From a bacterium (lineage in GTDB: Bacteria > Electryoneota > Electryoneia > Electryoneales > Electryoneaceae), in NCBI GenBank assembly GCA_963675295.2, contig CAXXKJ010000002.1, positions 4,288,001 to 4,352,000 of the forward strand: DNA of 64,000 nucleotides, read 5' to 3'. The position numbers and the translations under genes are program-made. Positions 20,753 through 31,692 of this stretch are shown here, in pieces. The notes under the pieces were generated by a model. That model was given only the letters and a program-made list of their open reading frames with translations. It searched no databases and was not told where the DNA came from. Positions within the stretch are counted from its first letter, which is position 1. Every line of letters starts with the position of its first letter.

Positions 20753-20841
20753 GTTTGCACCGTGTCGGCAAGCTTTGCATCCAAGGGGTACCATTCATAA
20801 ACAAAAGGCAGCTTCACCAGCTGTCGAACCTGGAGGATACG

Positions 20842-21237
20842 ATGCAGAATATTGGGGGCTATGCTCACAAGGTGACGACCTCGTTGCCGTTTGAGGACGC
20901 GATCAACAAGGTGACCGAGCTGTTGAAGACAGAAGGCTTCGGCGTGTTGACCGAGATCGACGTCACCGGCACGTTGAAGAAGAAGATCGATGTAGATTAC
21001 AAGCCGTACCGGATTCTCGGCGCCTGCAATCCGCCGTTCGCGCACAAGGCGTTGGAAGCGGAGAATCTGGTCGGTGTGCTGCTGCCGTGCAACGTGGCGA
21101 TCTGGGATGACGGCGACGAGCGTGTTGTCGCGGCGATGGACGCGCGTTTCATGGGGACGCTGTTGGACAACCAGGGAGTCAAGGACCTGGCCGAACAGGT
21201 TAACGCCAAGCTGGAAAACGTGCTGAAGCAGTTGTAA
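20842..21237 (+). CDS. DUF302 family protein
   Basis: GFGVLTEIDV, YRILGACNP, LLPCNV motifs; GGAGG RBS. Confidence 0.9.
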   Translation: MQNIGGYAHKVTTSLPFEDAINKVTELLKTEGFGVLTEIDVTGTLKKKIDVDYKPYRILGACNPPFAHKALEAENLVGVLLPCNVAIWDDGDERVVAAMDARFMGTLLDNQGVKDLAEQVNAKLENVLKQL

Positions 21238-21450
21238 TACATTTGCCCGCAAATGGTCTTGCCCGTGTTGGCTTTGTCAATGCGGGTTTTCTCACTTGAC
21301 CGGGGACACTTTGGGGACAAAGTGTCCCCGGTTTCATCTCCCCAATTCAACGCTGCGGCCAACAACCCCATCCTCCCACGTTCCACTGTTGGTTTTTCCT
21401 CACCCACTCAGTAGGTTTCCCCCGATGCGAACAACGAACGGACAGAGGAC

Positions 21451-22395
21451 ATGCTGATCGCGGTTGGATTGTTACTTGCCGGACTGGTCCTGCTGGTGCT
21501 CGGCGGTGAGGGCGCGGTGCGCGGCGGAAGCGCGCTGGCGTCTCGGTTCAACGTGCGGCCGTACGTGATCGGCGCCACCGTGGTCGCATTCGGCACCTCC
21601 GCGCCAGAGCTGGCGGTGACAGTGACCGCCGCGCTCAAGGGCGAGCCCGGGCTGGCGTTGGGAAACGTGGTCGGCTCGAACATCGCCAACCTCGGCCTGA
21701 TCCTCGGCCTCGCGGCGTTGGTGACCCCGATCGCGATGGCGAAGCAGCAGATCCGTCAGGAGCTTCCCGTGGTGATCACGGTGCTCGGCATGCTGCTCGT
21801 GTTCGCGTGGGATCGTCACATCGCACGATGGGAAGGTGTGGTGCTGATGATCGCGATGACGGCGGTCATCGTCCTCACCCTGCGCCGGCACCGGAACGAC
21901 AAGTCCACTGATTCAACCGAAAATTCTTCCGCTGCACCTCCGGCGACATCATTGCCAATGTCTCTACTGATCGTGCTCGGCGGTCTGGTTGGTTTGTACC
22001 TCGGCGGCCAGTTGCTGGTGGACGGCGCGGTGCGGATCGCGGAATGGTGGGGTGTGCCGCAGTGGGTGATCGGTGTGGTGATTGTCGCGGCGGGGACCAG
22101 CATGCCGGAGGTCGCGGCATCGGTGGTCGCGGCGGTGCGCGGGCACGGCGAGATTGCGCTGGGCAACGTGCTCGGCTCGAACACATTCAACGTGCTGCTG
22201 GTACTCGGTGTTGGATCGACCATCCGTCCGATCGGTGTCGATGTCGACATCACGATGGACCTGATCATTGTCAGCCTGTTCACGTTGCTGCCCGGGTTAA
22301 CACTGTTGTTGCAGTCGCGCGTGCCACGTTGGACCGGCGGGTTGTTGCTGCTCGGATACGTCGCCTACGTGGTGCTGAAAATCGCTGTTCGCTAG
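21451..22395 (+). CDS. Ca2+/Na+ antiporter (YrbG-like)
   Basis: Two alpha repeats GTSAPE...GNVVGSNIAN and GTSMPE...GNVLGSN. Confidence 0.92.
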   Translation: MLIAVGLLLAGLVLLVLGGEGAVRGGSALASRFNVRPYVIGATVVAFGTSAPELAVTVTAALKGEPGLALGNVVGSNIANLGLILGLAALVTPIAMAKQQIRQELPVVITVLGMLLVFAWDRHIARWEGVVLMIAMTAVIVLTLRRHRNDKSTDSTENSSAAPPATSLPMSLLIVLGGLVGLYLGGQLLVDGAVRIAEWWGVPQWVIGVVIVAAGTSMPEVAASVVAAVRGHGEIALGNVLGSNTFNVLLVLGVGSTIRPIGVDVDITMDLIIVSLFTLLPGLTLLLQSRVPRWTGGLLLLGYVAYVVLKIAVR

Positions 22396-22496
22396 GGTTG
22401 TGTCCGATCGTGACTTGCATTCCCCTACCGATTCAGATAACGTTAAGGAATGCCGGGATACGGTTGTTCCTGGCGTCCACCAGCACGGACTACCCC

Positions 22497-23357
22497 ATGA
22501 CCTCGCCTCGACGTGCCGTTTCCCCGCTGATTGCGCTTCCTTTGCTCATCATGTTGCCACTACTGATGCTGACCGCCTGTGATAACGGGGACGGTCCAAC
22601 CGAGTCCGATCCCGATCCCGGCGATGCCGCCGCCGCGCAGGCGTACCGGGTCGAAGCGACGCTGAAGATCGCGTTCACCGATATCCAGAGCCGCTTGAAT
22701 GGCAGTCAGGCCCAGTTGATCGGCATTGACTACGCTCAACCGGGCGCGGGCGATGTGCTCGAGGACCTTGTCGAGTTCTCGGACCCCAGCGTCTGGGCGT
22801 CGGGGATTCTCAACGATGCGGGCACGGTTGTGCGCGCTTACCCGGACGAGATCCAGACGATCATCGGCCAATCGTGGGCGACTCGGTCGGAGGTGGACGC
22901 CGCGTTAACCGAGATCAGTCTCAATGTGGGGCCGGTGCGTGATCTGATGGACATTCGTTCGGTTTACTACACCCGTACCATTGGCACAGCAACCATCGAA
23001 GGGGTGCTGTTGGCCGCGATGGATATTGATACGCTGTTCACGGAGAACGTGACCTTCACCGGCATCGACACCGTTGCCGATCAGGAGTTCTTCGCGCTGG
23101 ACTATTCCGGCGAGATTCTTTACACCACCAGCGGCAGCCATGTCGGAGAGTTGTTCATTGATCCGGCAGTCTTCAGCGACGATCAGGTTGCGGTGGCGGA
23201 GATGATGATCGATCCGGGCAATGATACCAACACGGCGTTGCTCGATTTCACCGGCGCACCCGGTGGTGATGGGATGCGGTATGTCGGCTGGACACAGTTG
23301 CAGGTGATCGAGGATCACATCTGGGTGCTCGCGGTGACCATGGTTGCGGACGAGTGA
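22497..23357 (+). CDS. Lipoprotein, possibly Cache-like extracellular domain
   Basis: Lipobox LTAC; domain call is tentative. Confidence 0.6.
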   Translation: MTSPRRAVSPLIALPLLIMLPLLMLTACDNGDGPTESDPDPGDAAAAQAYRVEATLKIAFTDIQSRLNGSQAQLIGIDYAQPGAGDVLEDLVEFSDPSVWASGILNDAGTVVRAYPDEIQTIIGQSWATRSEVDAALTEISLNVGPVRDLMDIRSVYYTRTIGTATIEGVLLAAMDIDTLFTENVTFTGIDTVADQEFFALDYSGEILYTTSGSHVGELFIDPAVFSDDQVAVAEMMIDPGNDTNTALLDFTGAPGGDGMRYVGWTQLQVIEDHIWVLAVTMVADE

Positions 23358-23371
23358 GAACAGGGGGATAT

Positions 23372-23842
23372 GTGGTGAAGCAGGTACTATATACGGGTTT
23401 GCTGGTGATCTTGTTCGCGTTGCTGGGTTGTGGAAAATCCGGCGACACGCAGCAGGCCGGGCGGGACACAACCAGTGAAGCTGTCACCGCAGAACAGGTC
23501 ATGAGAGTACCCGAACCGGACGAACCCTTGTGGCCCGAGGGAACCACATTCAACGATTCCACCCGCATGGCAACCATCGTCATCCGCAGTCTTGCCCTGG
23601 ATCAGATTTACAACCGTGCGGTGCAGGAATATGGGTCCGACCTCAAGGGTGTGATCAGTGTTCGCATGATCATTGAACCCAGTGGAGTTGTCAGCCAGGT
23701 TGAATTGCTTGATGATCAGTGGAATAAATCGTATGCAGCCTCGCTGACCGACTCGATGCTTTTCAACCTCCAGATGTGGACGTTTCCGCCAGGACTGGAC
23801 GCACCGTTGGCCTGGGTGCAACCCTTCAAGTTTGAGCGATAG
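23372..23842 (+). CDS. Lipoprotein with TonB-C/AgmX-like C-terminal domain
   Basis: Lipobox LLGC; G.ISVRMIIEPSGVV...WTFP...PFKF pattern. Confidence 0.65.
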   Translation: MVKQVLYTGLLVILFALLGCGKSGDTQQAGRDTTSEAVTAEQVMRVPEPDEPLWPEGTTFNDSTRMATIVIRSLALDQIYNRAVQEYGSDLKGVISVRMIIEPSGVVSQVELLDDQWNKSYAASLTDSMLFNLQMWTFPPGLDAPLAWVQPFKFER

Positions 23843-24242
23843 CCCGACTGCCCGTGCAATGGTCCGACGACGATTCTTCGCTACGCAGTAAATACAATAA
23901 CAATGGGTTAGCACTGCAGTCTCCGTAAAATCAGTGATGTGACTTCGATCAACTCGCGGGATGGCAGCACACGCTAGGTTGTTTGCAATGCGGGGAAAAT
24001 CCGCAGTTGATCAACGGGCACATGGGCGGCAAGACCACGAAAGTAGACATTCATCAACGTTCTGATTGGCCGATCCGTCTGCCTGTGCAGTGGTGTAAAC
24101 TCGGGACATAAGAGAGAATGCGTGGAATTTGCGGACTCTGAACTGCAAATTCTCAGTGTACAGTAAAAGAACGTAACTCCTCTCTGTAGCTCGAGTTATA
24201 CTGGAATCACGTAGAGTAGGAAAATTGTTCCGGAGCACGGTG

Positions 24243-26246
24243 ATGGGAGCGGACAAACAGAAAAACTCCCCGGATACTTCCCGGCCATCAACCCCGAGAC
24301 TGACGGATCTCCCGTTACAGGGTGCGGGCTTCGGGCCGGAACTCTCCTCTCGAATCGTCCTCCAGCTGATCGAACAACACGCCCACGATTTCATTGCGTT
24401 TCACGACTCCGATGGCCGCTTTCTCTACGCATCCCCCGCCAGTTTCAAGCAATTGGGATACAAACCTGAGGAACTGATCGGACAGTCTGTGTTCGACATG
24501 TTCCACCCTGAAGATTCACATCTGCTTGAGCAGCAGCAGGAACGTATCCGCCAGGGTGATAGCGAGCCCGTGATCCATCGACTGCAGCAGAAGAACGGTG
24601 ACTATCACTGGTTTGAAACCAGTACCACGCAGATTTCTGGTGATGAATTCCCGTGTACGTGCGTACTCATTGTGTCACGTGAGGTAGATCAGCGTGAGAA
24701 ACTCGCCCGCGCGCTGGAAAAATCTGAGGGCGCATTCCGGGACGCCTTCGCGGCGGCCTCGCACGGCATGGCGATCACCGATATAGGCGGGCGGTTCGTG
24801 CAGGTGAATCAACGCTTGTGCGACATGCTCGGGTATTCGGAAGCCGAATTGCTGCAGATGGACTTCAAGACCATCACCTATGAAGCAGACTTGGAATTTG
24901 ATCTCGAGCGTTTGCGGAAATTGACCTCGGGCGATGTCAAATACTATTCGGCTGAGAAGCGCTATCTCCGCAAGGATGGGTCCCCGCTGCACGTGCTGCT
25001 CAGCGTATCGATGGTCTACGATGAGAACGGCGAACCGAAGCACTACGTTGGCCAGCTGATCGACCTCACCGACCGCAAGCGCTCCGAGCAGGCGATGGTC
25101 GAACAGGGGCGTCTCAAGGCAACCTCGGTGCTCGCCGCCGGTTTCTCGCATGATATCAACAACCTGATGAGCATCATCCTTGGCAACGTTGGCATGTTGC
25201 AGCGTGACGAGGCTGCCGGCACCGACCTCAGCGACCGCTTGTGGACCATCGAACAGTCGGCGAAACGTGTTGCGAAAATCGCGGACGAGTTGATCGCGTT
25301 CGCCCGCATGGGCAACTACAACCCGCGTCCTTTGCAGATAAATTCGCTGCTCGAGGAAACGCTGGTTACCTATCAACGTTCAAAGGATCACCACGCGCAG
25401 CTGAACCAGGTGTTGCGGGCCGCGCCGGACATTGTTATCGCGGACGGATCGCAGATCCAGCAGCTGGTCATCCATTTGATCGAAAACGCCATCGAGGCGA
25501 CAGTTGAGACAAACGGTGATGTGTTCATCAGCACCTCGAACGAGGTCCGGCAGCAACCGTTAAACAATGGATCAAACGGATTCCATTACCAGTCGTATGT
25601 CTCGTTAACCGTGCGCGATGATGGTCATGGGATGGATGCCGGAACGCTGGACCACATCTATGAACCGTTTTTCTCCACCCGTGGGCCGGGTCGCGGCATG
25701 GGCCTGTCCGCCGTGTATGGAATCGTCGAGCAGTATAATGGCATCATCGAAGTTGAGAGTGAACCCGGCGAGGGAACCATCTTCCGTATCCTGCTTCCCG
25801 CCGAGCATATCGAACAGGAGCCCGTACCGGAAGAAGAACTCGACACCCGTGACGCGTCCGGCACGATTCTCGTCGTTGACGATGAAGCGGGCATCCGTGA
25901 GATGTTGACCTCATTGTTTGAACGTGTTGGCTACACCGCTCTCGGTGCGGAAAATGGCAAGGTTGCACTTGATCTGATCGCCAAACGAGACGGCCAGGTC
26001 GATCTCGTGCTACTGGACCTGTTGATGCCCGAGATGGATGGCGCGACCACCTTCGCGCATCTGCACCGGGATTATCCCGACCTGCCGGTCCTGTTGATCA
26101 GCGGATATGATCACGATGAACGCGTCGCGTCCCTGATGAATGATGGCGCGCTTGCGTTTATCCAGAAACCGTTCGAACTCGAGCTGGTGTTGCGTGAAGT
26201 TCGCCGTGCGCTTGAGCTTTCCCGCCAGGAATCCCCGTCATTGTAA
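24243..26246 (+). CDS. Cytoplasmic hybrid histidine kinase (PAS-PAS-HisKA-HATPase-REC)
   Basis: HDINN H-box, ENAIEA N-box, DDGHG, GRGMGL, receiver VDDE...DLLMP...KP. Confidence 0.93.
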   Translation: MGADKQKNSPDTSRPSTPRLTDLPLQGAGFGPELSSRIVLQLIEQHAHDFIAFHDSDGRFLYASPASFKQLGYKPEELIGQSVFDMFHPEDSHLLEQQQERIRQGDSEPVIHRLQQKNGDYHWFETSTTQISGDEFPCTCVLIVSREVDQREKLARALEKSEGAFRDAFAAASHGMAITDIGGRFVQVNQRLCDMLGYSEAELLQMDFKTITYEADLEFDLERLRKLTSGDVKYYSAEKRYLRKDGSPLHVLLSVSMVYDENGEPKHYVGQLIDLTDRKRSEQAMVEQGRLKATSVLAAGFSHDINNLMSIILGNVGMLQRDEAAGTDLSDRLWTIEQSAKRVAKIADELIAFARMGNYNPRPLQINSLLEETLVTYQRSKDHHAQLNQVLRAAPDIVIADGSQIQQLVIHLIENAIEATVETNGDVFISTSNEVRQQPLNNGSNGFHYQSYVSLTVRDDGHGMDAGTLDHIYEPFFSTRGPGRGMGLSAVYGIVEQYNGIIEVESEPGEGTIFRILLPAEHIEQEPVPEEELDTRDASGTILVVDDEAGIREMLTSLFERVGYTALGAENGKVALDLIAKRDGQVDLVLLDLLMPEMDGATTFAHLHRDYPDLPVLLISGYDHDERVASLMNDGALAFIQKPFELELVLREVRRALELSRQESPSL

Positions 26247-26305
26247 TTGGCCAATTTCGGCTTTCTTTTCCGCGATAACCCGAGCATTTCAAGCAGAAAA
26301 TCCGC

Positions 26306-26321
26306 CTTAGGAAATCCTAAC
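26306..26321. promoter_or_regulatory. Palindromic operator CTTAGG-AAAT-CCTAAC
   Basis: Member of the recurrent motif; just upstream of a TTGCGA...TAAGCT promoter-like element. Confidence 0.7.
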
Positions 26322-26450
26322 TGATTGCGAACTTACCCAATTCTCTTGTAAGCTGTTGTGTTATGTCTGCTGGGGGAAGAACTGTGGCTTTTTTACACAG
26401 CTAGACTTGATGAAACGACAGGACGAACAACGAGCACGAGGGGGTAGACC

Positions 26451-28184
26451 ATGAGAAGATGGATTGCGGTGGCGGCAGTGCTGTTGCTGGCGTTCGCCGT
26501 CCACGCGGAAGTGTATACGTTGAACGCGGATGGGACTGGCGATTACGCCAACATCCAGTCTGCGATCAACGCTAGCGTGAGCGGTGACGTCATTCAGTTA
26601 GAAGATGGAGTCTATACCGGCTCGGGCAATCGCAACATCGACTTTGCCGGTAAAACCATCACCTTGTGCGGCGTGAGTGGAAACGCCGAAGACTGCATCA
26701 TTGACATTCAGGGCGTGCACGGGAACTACGTTTCCGAGCGTGGCCTGATGATCGACTCCGGGGAAGGCCCGGAAACGACGATTCGTGACTTGTCGATCAT
26801 CAACGGAGATGGGGACGGGTCTTGACCGGCTTGTGATGGCGGGGCGGCGCTCTGCTCAAACACATCTCCTCAGTTCATCAACGTTCGTTTCATCAATAAC
26901 TACGCGTCCGGCGGCGGTGCGGTCTATGTGTATGGATCGAACGCTCACCCGACGTTTACCAACTGCGAGTTTTTCGACAATTACGCCAACAATGGCGGCG
27001 CGGTTGAAGTGTATTACGGCAACGCGACATTCGAACATTGCGCGTTTGTCGGCAACTACCTGACCAGCGGTTCTGGTGCGGCGATCTACTCGTACTACGG
27101 TTACGAGCTCAACCTGATGTGCTGCACTTTCGCGATGAACTCCACGTCGGCCGATCCCACGGTCTACTTCTACCAGACCGACGCGGTTATCTCGACCTCG
27201 ATCTTCGCGCAGAACACCTGCACCGCTCCGGTTACGGTCAGCGGCGGCACGCTGGATGTCAGCTACACCGACATCTGCGACAATTCCGGCGGCGACTGGG
27301 TCGGTGCGTTAAGTGCATTTGAAGGCATCAACGGCAACATCTGCGAAGATCCGCTGTTTGAGGATGCCAATAGCGGCAACATGCAGCTGACCGGACCCTC
27401 CCCGTGCATCGACACCGGCGATCCGCAAATGCCGTACGACCCGGACAACACCATCGCGGACATGGGCGCGTACTACTTCGACCATGACCCGCTGCCGGGA
27501 AATATCTGGCTGAGTTCGCAGTACGACCCGTGGTACCTGTTCTCCAACGGTGGCACGGTCACCTTCACCGCGCGCATCCGCAACAACCTCGATGTGCCGG
27601 TGACATTCCAGGGGTGGGTGATGATCACGCTGCCGTCGGGACAGCTCTACGGCCCGACGATGCAGGCCAATGTCAGCATGCAGGCAGCCAGCGAAATGAC
27701 CACCAACACGCTGTCGCAGGTGGTTCCGTCGTACGCGCCGATGGGTGTCTACACCCTGACTGCGCACATCGGCCTCTTCCCAACCACCATCCATTCGGAC
27801 GAGATCCAGTTCGTCAAGATGGGCCTCGCGGCGGATGGTACCGAAGCGCCGGTGGCGTGGGAGAAGCTTGCGTACGGTTGGACGGCGGACGCTCCGGCCA
27901 CAACCCCGGATCTTCCGGACCAGTTCGAGCTTGGCACCGCGTATCCGAACCCGTTCAACGCCACGACGACCGTTTCGCTCAAGCTCCCGGTCAGCCAGCA
28001 GGTGACGGTCACCTTGCTCGACATCACCGGGCGTCAGGTGAAGACGGTCCGTGACGGCGTGCTCTCCGCCGGCAATCACCGCATTGAGGTGGACGCGCAT
28101 GGCCTGTCGACAGGTGTCTACCTGCTTCGTGCGCAGACCGATTTGAACGGCAGCCAGGTACAGAAGCTGGTGCTGGTGAAGTAA
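26451..28184 (+). CDS. Secreted beta-helix protein with T9SS-type CTD; in-frame TGA at 26823-26825 (putative selenocysteine 125, U-P-A-C), 577 aa if read through
   Basis: ORFs 26451-26825 and 26928-28184 share a frame; intervening codons read GDGS*PACDGGAALCSNTSPQFINVRFINNYASGGGAVYV; hairpin just downstream of the TGA. Confidence 0.8.
26834..26858 (+). promoter_or_regulatory. Candidate bacterial SECIS hairpin
   Basis: GCGGGGC (26839-45) pairs with GCTCTGC (26849-55), loop GGC after a 20-nt spacer from the TGA; stem extendable via TGA/TCA. Confidence 0.6.
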
Positions 28185-28226
28185 GTCAGTAGTGAGTGAT
28201 GAGTTGTGAGTTGTGAATGATGAGTG

Positions 28227-28260
28227 AAAAAAGCCGCGTCGGCAGTCGACGCGGCTTTTT
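28227..28260. terminator. Bidirectional intrinsic terminator
   Basis: AAAAAAGCCGCGTCG-gcagt-CGACGCGGCTTTTT between convergent genes. Confidence 0.88.
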
Positions 28261-28409
28261 ATGTTTTGTTCATGTCAACGAGCTGCGGTCAGCGGTATGT
28301 GGTCCTGACAGGGTGAGGGTCGGTTGATCCGCTCCCGCCAGTTTTTTGACACGGGCACATCTTTTACCGCCGACCGCAGTCCGCAGTCCGCAGCCAGTAG
28401 CCAATCACT

Positions 28410-29159
28410 TCACTCCCACCGTGTCTGAATCCGCGCGACCTCACGGTTGTCGCTGACCCGTGTGATCGAATGCAGGAATCGTGCCCCTTCCCCGTCCACC
28501 GGCGCGTATTCCGTGCGCAGTTTATCACCGGCGAAACACTCCGCACGAAACATCATGTCCGTTTCGACCAGGTGCGCATGCTCGGTCACCTCCGCCGGCA
28601 ATGCGTCCGCCGCCCAGCGCAGGTAGTTGAGATTGTTGACGTGCCCGTTGACATCGATATTGTCCTCGGTGACCGCCACCGTTTGCGACCCGGCCGCCTG
28701 TTTCAACCGGGGCAACGTGCGCGAGGTGAAATCGAGGTTGCGCGGGATGACATTGCCGGGCATCCGGTCGGCGAGCACACCGGCCATGTCCACCATCGCG
28801 CGGGATTCCCGTTCCAGCACCGCCCACGCACTCGTCGCCTCCGCGACGGGCGTCTCGCCATCCAACAGCAGGAAATCGCGATACGCCTGCCGTTTGTCGT
28901 AGCCAGTCGGCCACGTGCGCAGCGTCAGCGGCTTCTCCGCTTCCGGCACCGTAAGGAGCCGCACAAACAGCCGCGTCAGTACCCACATCTGCGTCGCATC
29001 CTGCAGGTGATCGTATCCCAGCCCGAACAGTTCGGCGTGTTGCCAGGCGATCATTTGCAGATCGTCCATCAACGCAAGGAACTGCCCGGTTGACGCACCG
29101 GATGGGTAGCTGAACGGTTCTTCCACCTTCGACGGCGGATTCCAGGTCGGGTTTGGCAT
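28410..29159 (-). CDS. Acyl-ACP thioesterase (double hotdog)
   Basis: WVLTR, LRTWP, RDF, DVNGHVNNLNY. Confidence 0.9.
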   Translation of the reverse strand: MPNPTWNPPSKVEEPFSYPSGASTGQFLALMDDLQMIAWQHAELFGLGYDHLQDATQMWVLTRLFVRLLTVPEAEKPLTLRTWPTGYDKRQAYRDFLLLDGETPVAEATSAWAVLERESRAMVDMAGVLADRMPGNVIPRNLDFTSRTLPRLKQAAGSQTVAVTEDNIDVNGHVNNLNYLRWAADALPAEVTEHAHLVETDMMFRAECFAGDKLRTEYAPVDGEGARFLHSITRVSDNREVARIQTRWE

Positions 29160-29168
29160 GGTCGGTCC

Positions 29169-29642
29169 TCAAGCCGGGGGATCGCTGCGGTATTTGTCCG
29201 GATCGTACCGGTGCATGTAGTGTTCGGGATGGTCGAGCGGCGTGAAGCCATGCCTCGCGTACAGGGAGTGGGCGTCATCCGTCGCGAGAATCCAGCGCCG
29301 GACCGGTTCAAAGGTCGGATACGCCAGCACCTCCTCCACGATCCACTTGCCCAGTCCCTGACCGCGATATTCTTCGTCGATGAACACGTCCATGAGGTAC
29401 GCGATCGCGCTCAGGTCGGACAGGACACGCGCGAAGCCAACCTGACGTTTCACCGTGCCTGTGCCGGGTTCCAGCACGTACAACCCGAAGCAGTACGAAT
29501 TCTCCAGCACTCGCTTGACCCGCGACTTCTGAATTCCCTGTGCCCAGTAGCTGCGGTTGAGGAAGCCGTGGATCGTATCGAGATCGAGCAGCGACTTGTC
29601 ATCACTGAACATGAACGGCTGGCGAATAAGCTGCGAAGGCAT
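29169..29642 (-). CDS. GNAT family N-acetyltransferase
   Basis: SYWA, QVGFARV, YRGQGLGK, ATDDAHSLY. Confidence 0.9.
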   Translation of the reverse strand: MPSQLIRQPFMFSDDKSLLDLDTIHGFLNRSYWAQGIQKSRVKRVLENSYCFGLYVLEPGTGTVKRQVGFARVLSDLSAIAYLMDVFIDEEYRGQGLGKWIVEEVLAYPTFEPVRRWILATDDAHSLYARHGFTPLDHPEHYMHRYDPDKYRSDPPA

Positions 29643-29872
29643 GGTCACGCTCCCATTCAAGAACGCACAAAGATGGGTTCCGGCCAGTCCGCATGCCAAC
29701 CCGGCGGAGAAGCGAGAACTGCCGTTAAAATACGTAAATCAAAAGGGCTACTCCGCGTTGGCGCATTTCTTTGAGAAAGCTTGTGCACAGTCGGGACAAG
29801 GTTTACTTCAGCCCCCTGTTTCTACATCACTCCCGGAGACAAATACTCCGCTGAGTTTATGATTCTGAAAGA

Positions 29873-29967
29873 GTTAAGCATACCTAACTATCTTGAGTAC
29901 TTTTCCCCGCAGACTTGTCCGAATCCCACGCATTCGTCAGCTTTACAATGAGTTAGGTATTTCTAAC
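29873..29967. promoter_or_regulatory. Two operators: GTTAAG-CATA-CCTAAC (29873-88) and GTTAGG-TATT-TCTAAC (29952-67)
   Basis: Recurrent palindrome; the second lies just after TACAAT (-10-like). Confidence 0.72.
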
Positions 29968-29987
29968 AACATGGGAGGGAGTGGAAC

Positions 29988-31424
29988 ATGAAACGGTTGA
30001 AAATGGCAGTGATGCTACTGTTGGTCGTTGGAATCGTTCACAACACGAAAGCGGCCACGATTACGATTCTGGAAGCGCCCGGCCTTCCGGCTCATCCGGC
30101 CGAATGGGCAGCGGTAGCCACATCGATGGGCCATCTGGCCACAATCGCTCCGATTTCGACACTGGATGGAACGGCCTGGGTATCCTCTACGGACGTTCTG
30201 ATCATTACGGATCCATTTTATCCGTACACGCCGACTCACACGGACAATGTCTGGTATGCTGTCAATGAGGGAGTTGGGGTCTATATCCAGGGCGAAGATG
30301 ATCCGGCGTTTCCCAGTAATGTGATGTTCGAGGACTGTGTGAATACCACGGGATTTGCGGGATTCTCCTGGATTGCCCCGTTCCCGGGGGATCATGTGGC
30401 ATCGATTACGGGACCAGTGGCCATCGACCCCAACCCGATCACTCCGTTGGTTGCAATGTCCTGGGCGGCCGATGCTATTCATGCTGGTCCGATGGGCGGC
30501 ACCACGACCAACATGTGGATTGGAGACCATCAGGTTGGTTTTCTGCACGATGAAGTGACCAATGACGCCGCTGGTCTGCTCGCGATCAACACGGAGTTTA
30601 ACTGGATTCTCCCCTTCACGTTCAGTGGTCTGATGGAGAATTATATCCAGGTTCTGTTGACCGGTGCGGAGCTCGGCCAGTTTGCACATCTGACACCCAC
30701 GGGTCCCGCCACGGTTCCGGCTGGTGGTGGTCCGGTTCCGTACACCATTGAGCTGGAAAATGTCAGGCCGTACACCTGGCCGGTCACGGTCTGGGTACGC
30801 GCCATCCTGCCAAGCGGCGCGGTCTATGCCTCCCCACTCGCCGGACCGGTACCAGTGATGGTGCCGCCGATGTCGACGATGGGACCGTACGCGTCACCCG
30901 GTCCGCTGCCGCCGGTTGGTATCCCCGGCTTCGCGCCTGCCGGGGAGTACTTCATCCAATCTGTCGTCACCGACGGCTTCTTCGGTTGGACGGAAGCCTA
31001 TGATTCCGATTTCTTCTCGGTCGTGAAGGCCGCGGCGGCGGGACAGGATTCGGAAGTTGATCCGGGCGACCTGCCGGCGGACTTGTTCGGAACAGCCGGT
31101 CATCCCACACAACTAGCGTCTTCGTCAGACAATGCGGCGCAAGCGGGCGACCTGCCCTCACAGTTCGCACTGACTGAAGCCTATCCGAATCCGTTCAATC
31201 CAAGCACAACAGTTGGAGTTGTGCTGGCGGAAGCAGCCAATCTGACGGTTAAGGTCTATGATGTGCAGGGGCGAACAGTTGCGACTCTCGCAGATGGACA
31301 GTTCCCCGCCGGTTCGCAGCAGCTGTCGTTCGACGCCTCCGGGCTGGCCAGCGGCGTGTATTTCCTGCACGCGACTGTTCCCGGCAAGTTGAACCAGACA
31401 CGCAAGCTGGTCCTGATGCGCTAG
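29988..31424 (+). CDS. Secreted CTD protein, tandem paralog 1 of 5
   Basis: Signal peptide, shared N-domain (GH.A.I, D.LI, G..VY.Q.E, LMEN), Ig-like domain, YPNPFNP CTD. Confidence 0.88.
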   Translation: MKRLKMAVMLLLVVGIVHNTKAATITILEAPGLPAHPAEWAAVATSMGHLATIAPISTLDGTAWVSSTDVLIITDPFYPYTPTHTDNVWYAVNEGVGVYIQGEDDPAFPSNVMFEDCVNTTGFAGFSWIAPFPGDHVASITGPVAIDPNPITPLVAMSWAADAIHAGPMGGTTTNMWIGDHQVGFLHDEVTNDAAGLLAINTEFNWILPFTFSGLMENYIQVLLTGAELGQFAHLTPTGPATVPAGGGPVPYTIELENVRPYTWPVTVWVRAILPSGAVYASPLAGPVPVMVPPMSTMGPYASPGPLPPVGIPGFAPAGEYFIQSVVTDGFFGWTEAYDSDFFSVVKAAAAGQDSEVDPGDLPADLFGTAGHPTQLASSSDNAAQAGDLPSQFALTEAYPNPFNPSTTVGVVLAEAANLTVKVYDVQGRTVATLADGQFPAGSQQLSFDASGLASGVYFLHATVPGKLNQTRKLVLMR

Positions 31425-31581
31425 AATCATGGGGCAGTCATTTTTCCACACACATGGCTGGCAATTTGCCAGCCATATTTTGTTTGTCAGATCGATATCC
31501 GTTCGCCTCAATTTCTACAGCTCAACAGATTCCCGTTTCCCTCTGGAGCCCGAAATATGCTGAATGCTTGTTTCTGCTATA

Positions 31582-31659
31582 GTTAAGGCGACCTAACAAA
31601 TTCCTCACAAAACGAGAAAGTTCTTGCATTCTCGCCCTGAAAGATTAAGCTTCCCTAAC
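31582..31659. promoter_or_regulatory. Two operators: GTTAAG-GCGA-CCTAAC (31582-97) and ATTAAG-CTTC-CCTAAC (31644-59)
   Basis: Recurrent palindrome; the second overlaps the -10 position of TTGCAT (31624). Confidence 0.72.
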
Positions 31660-31692
31660 AGGTAACTCATTGAGATATCAAGGGAGAAGAGA

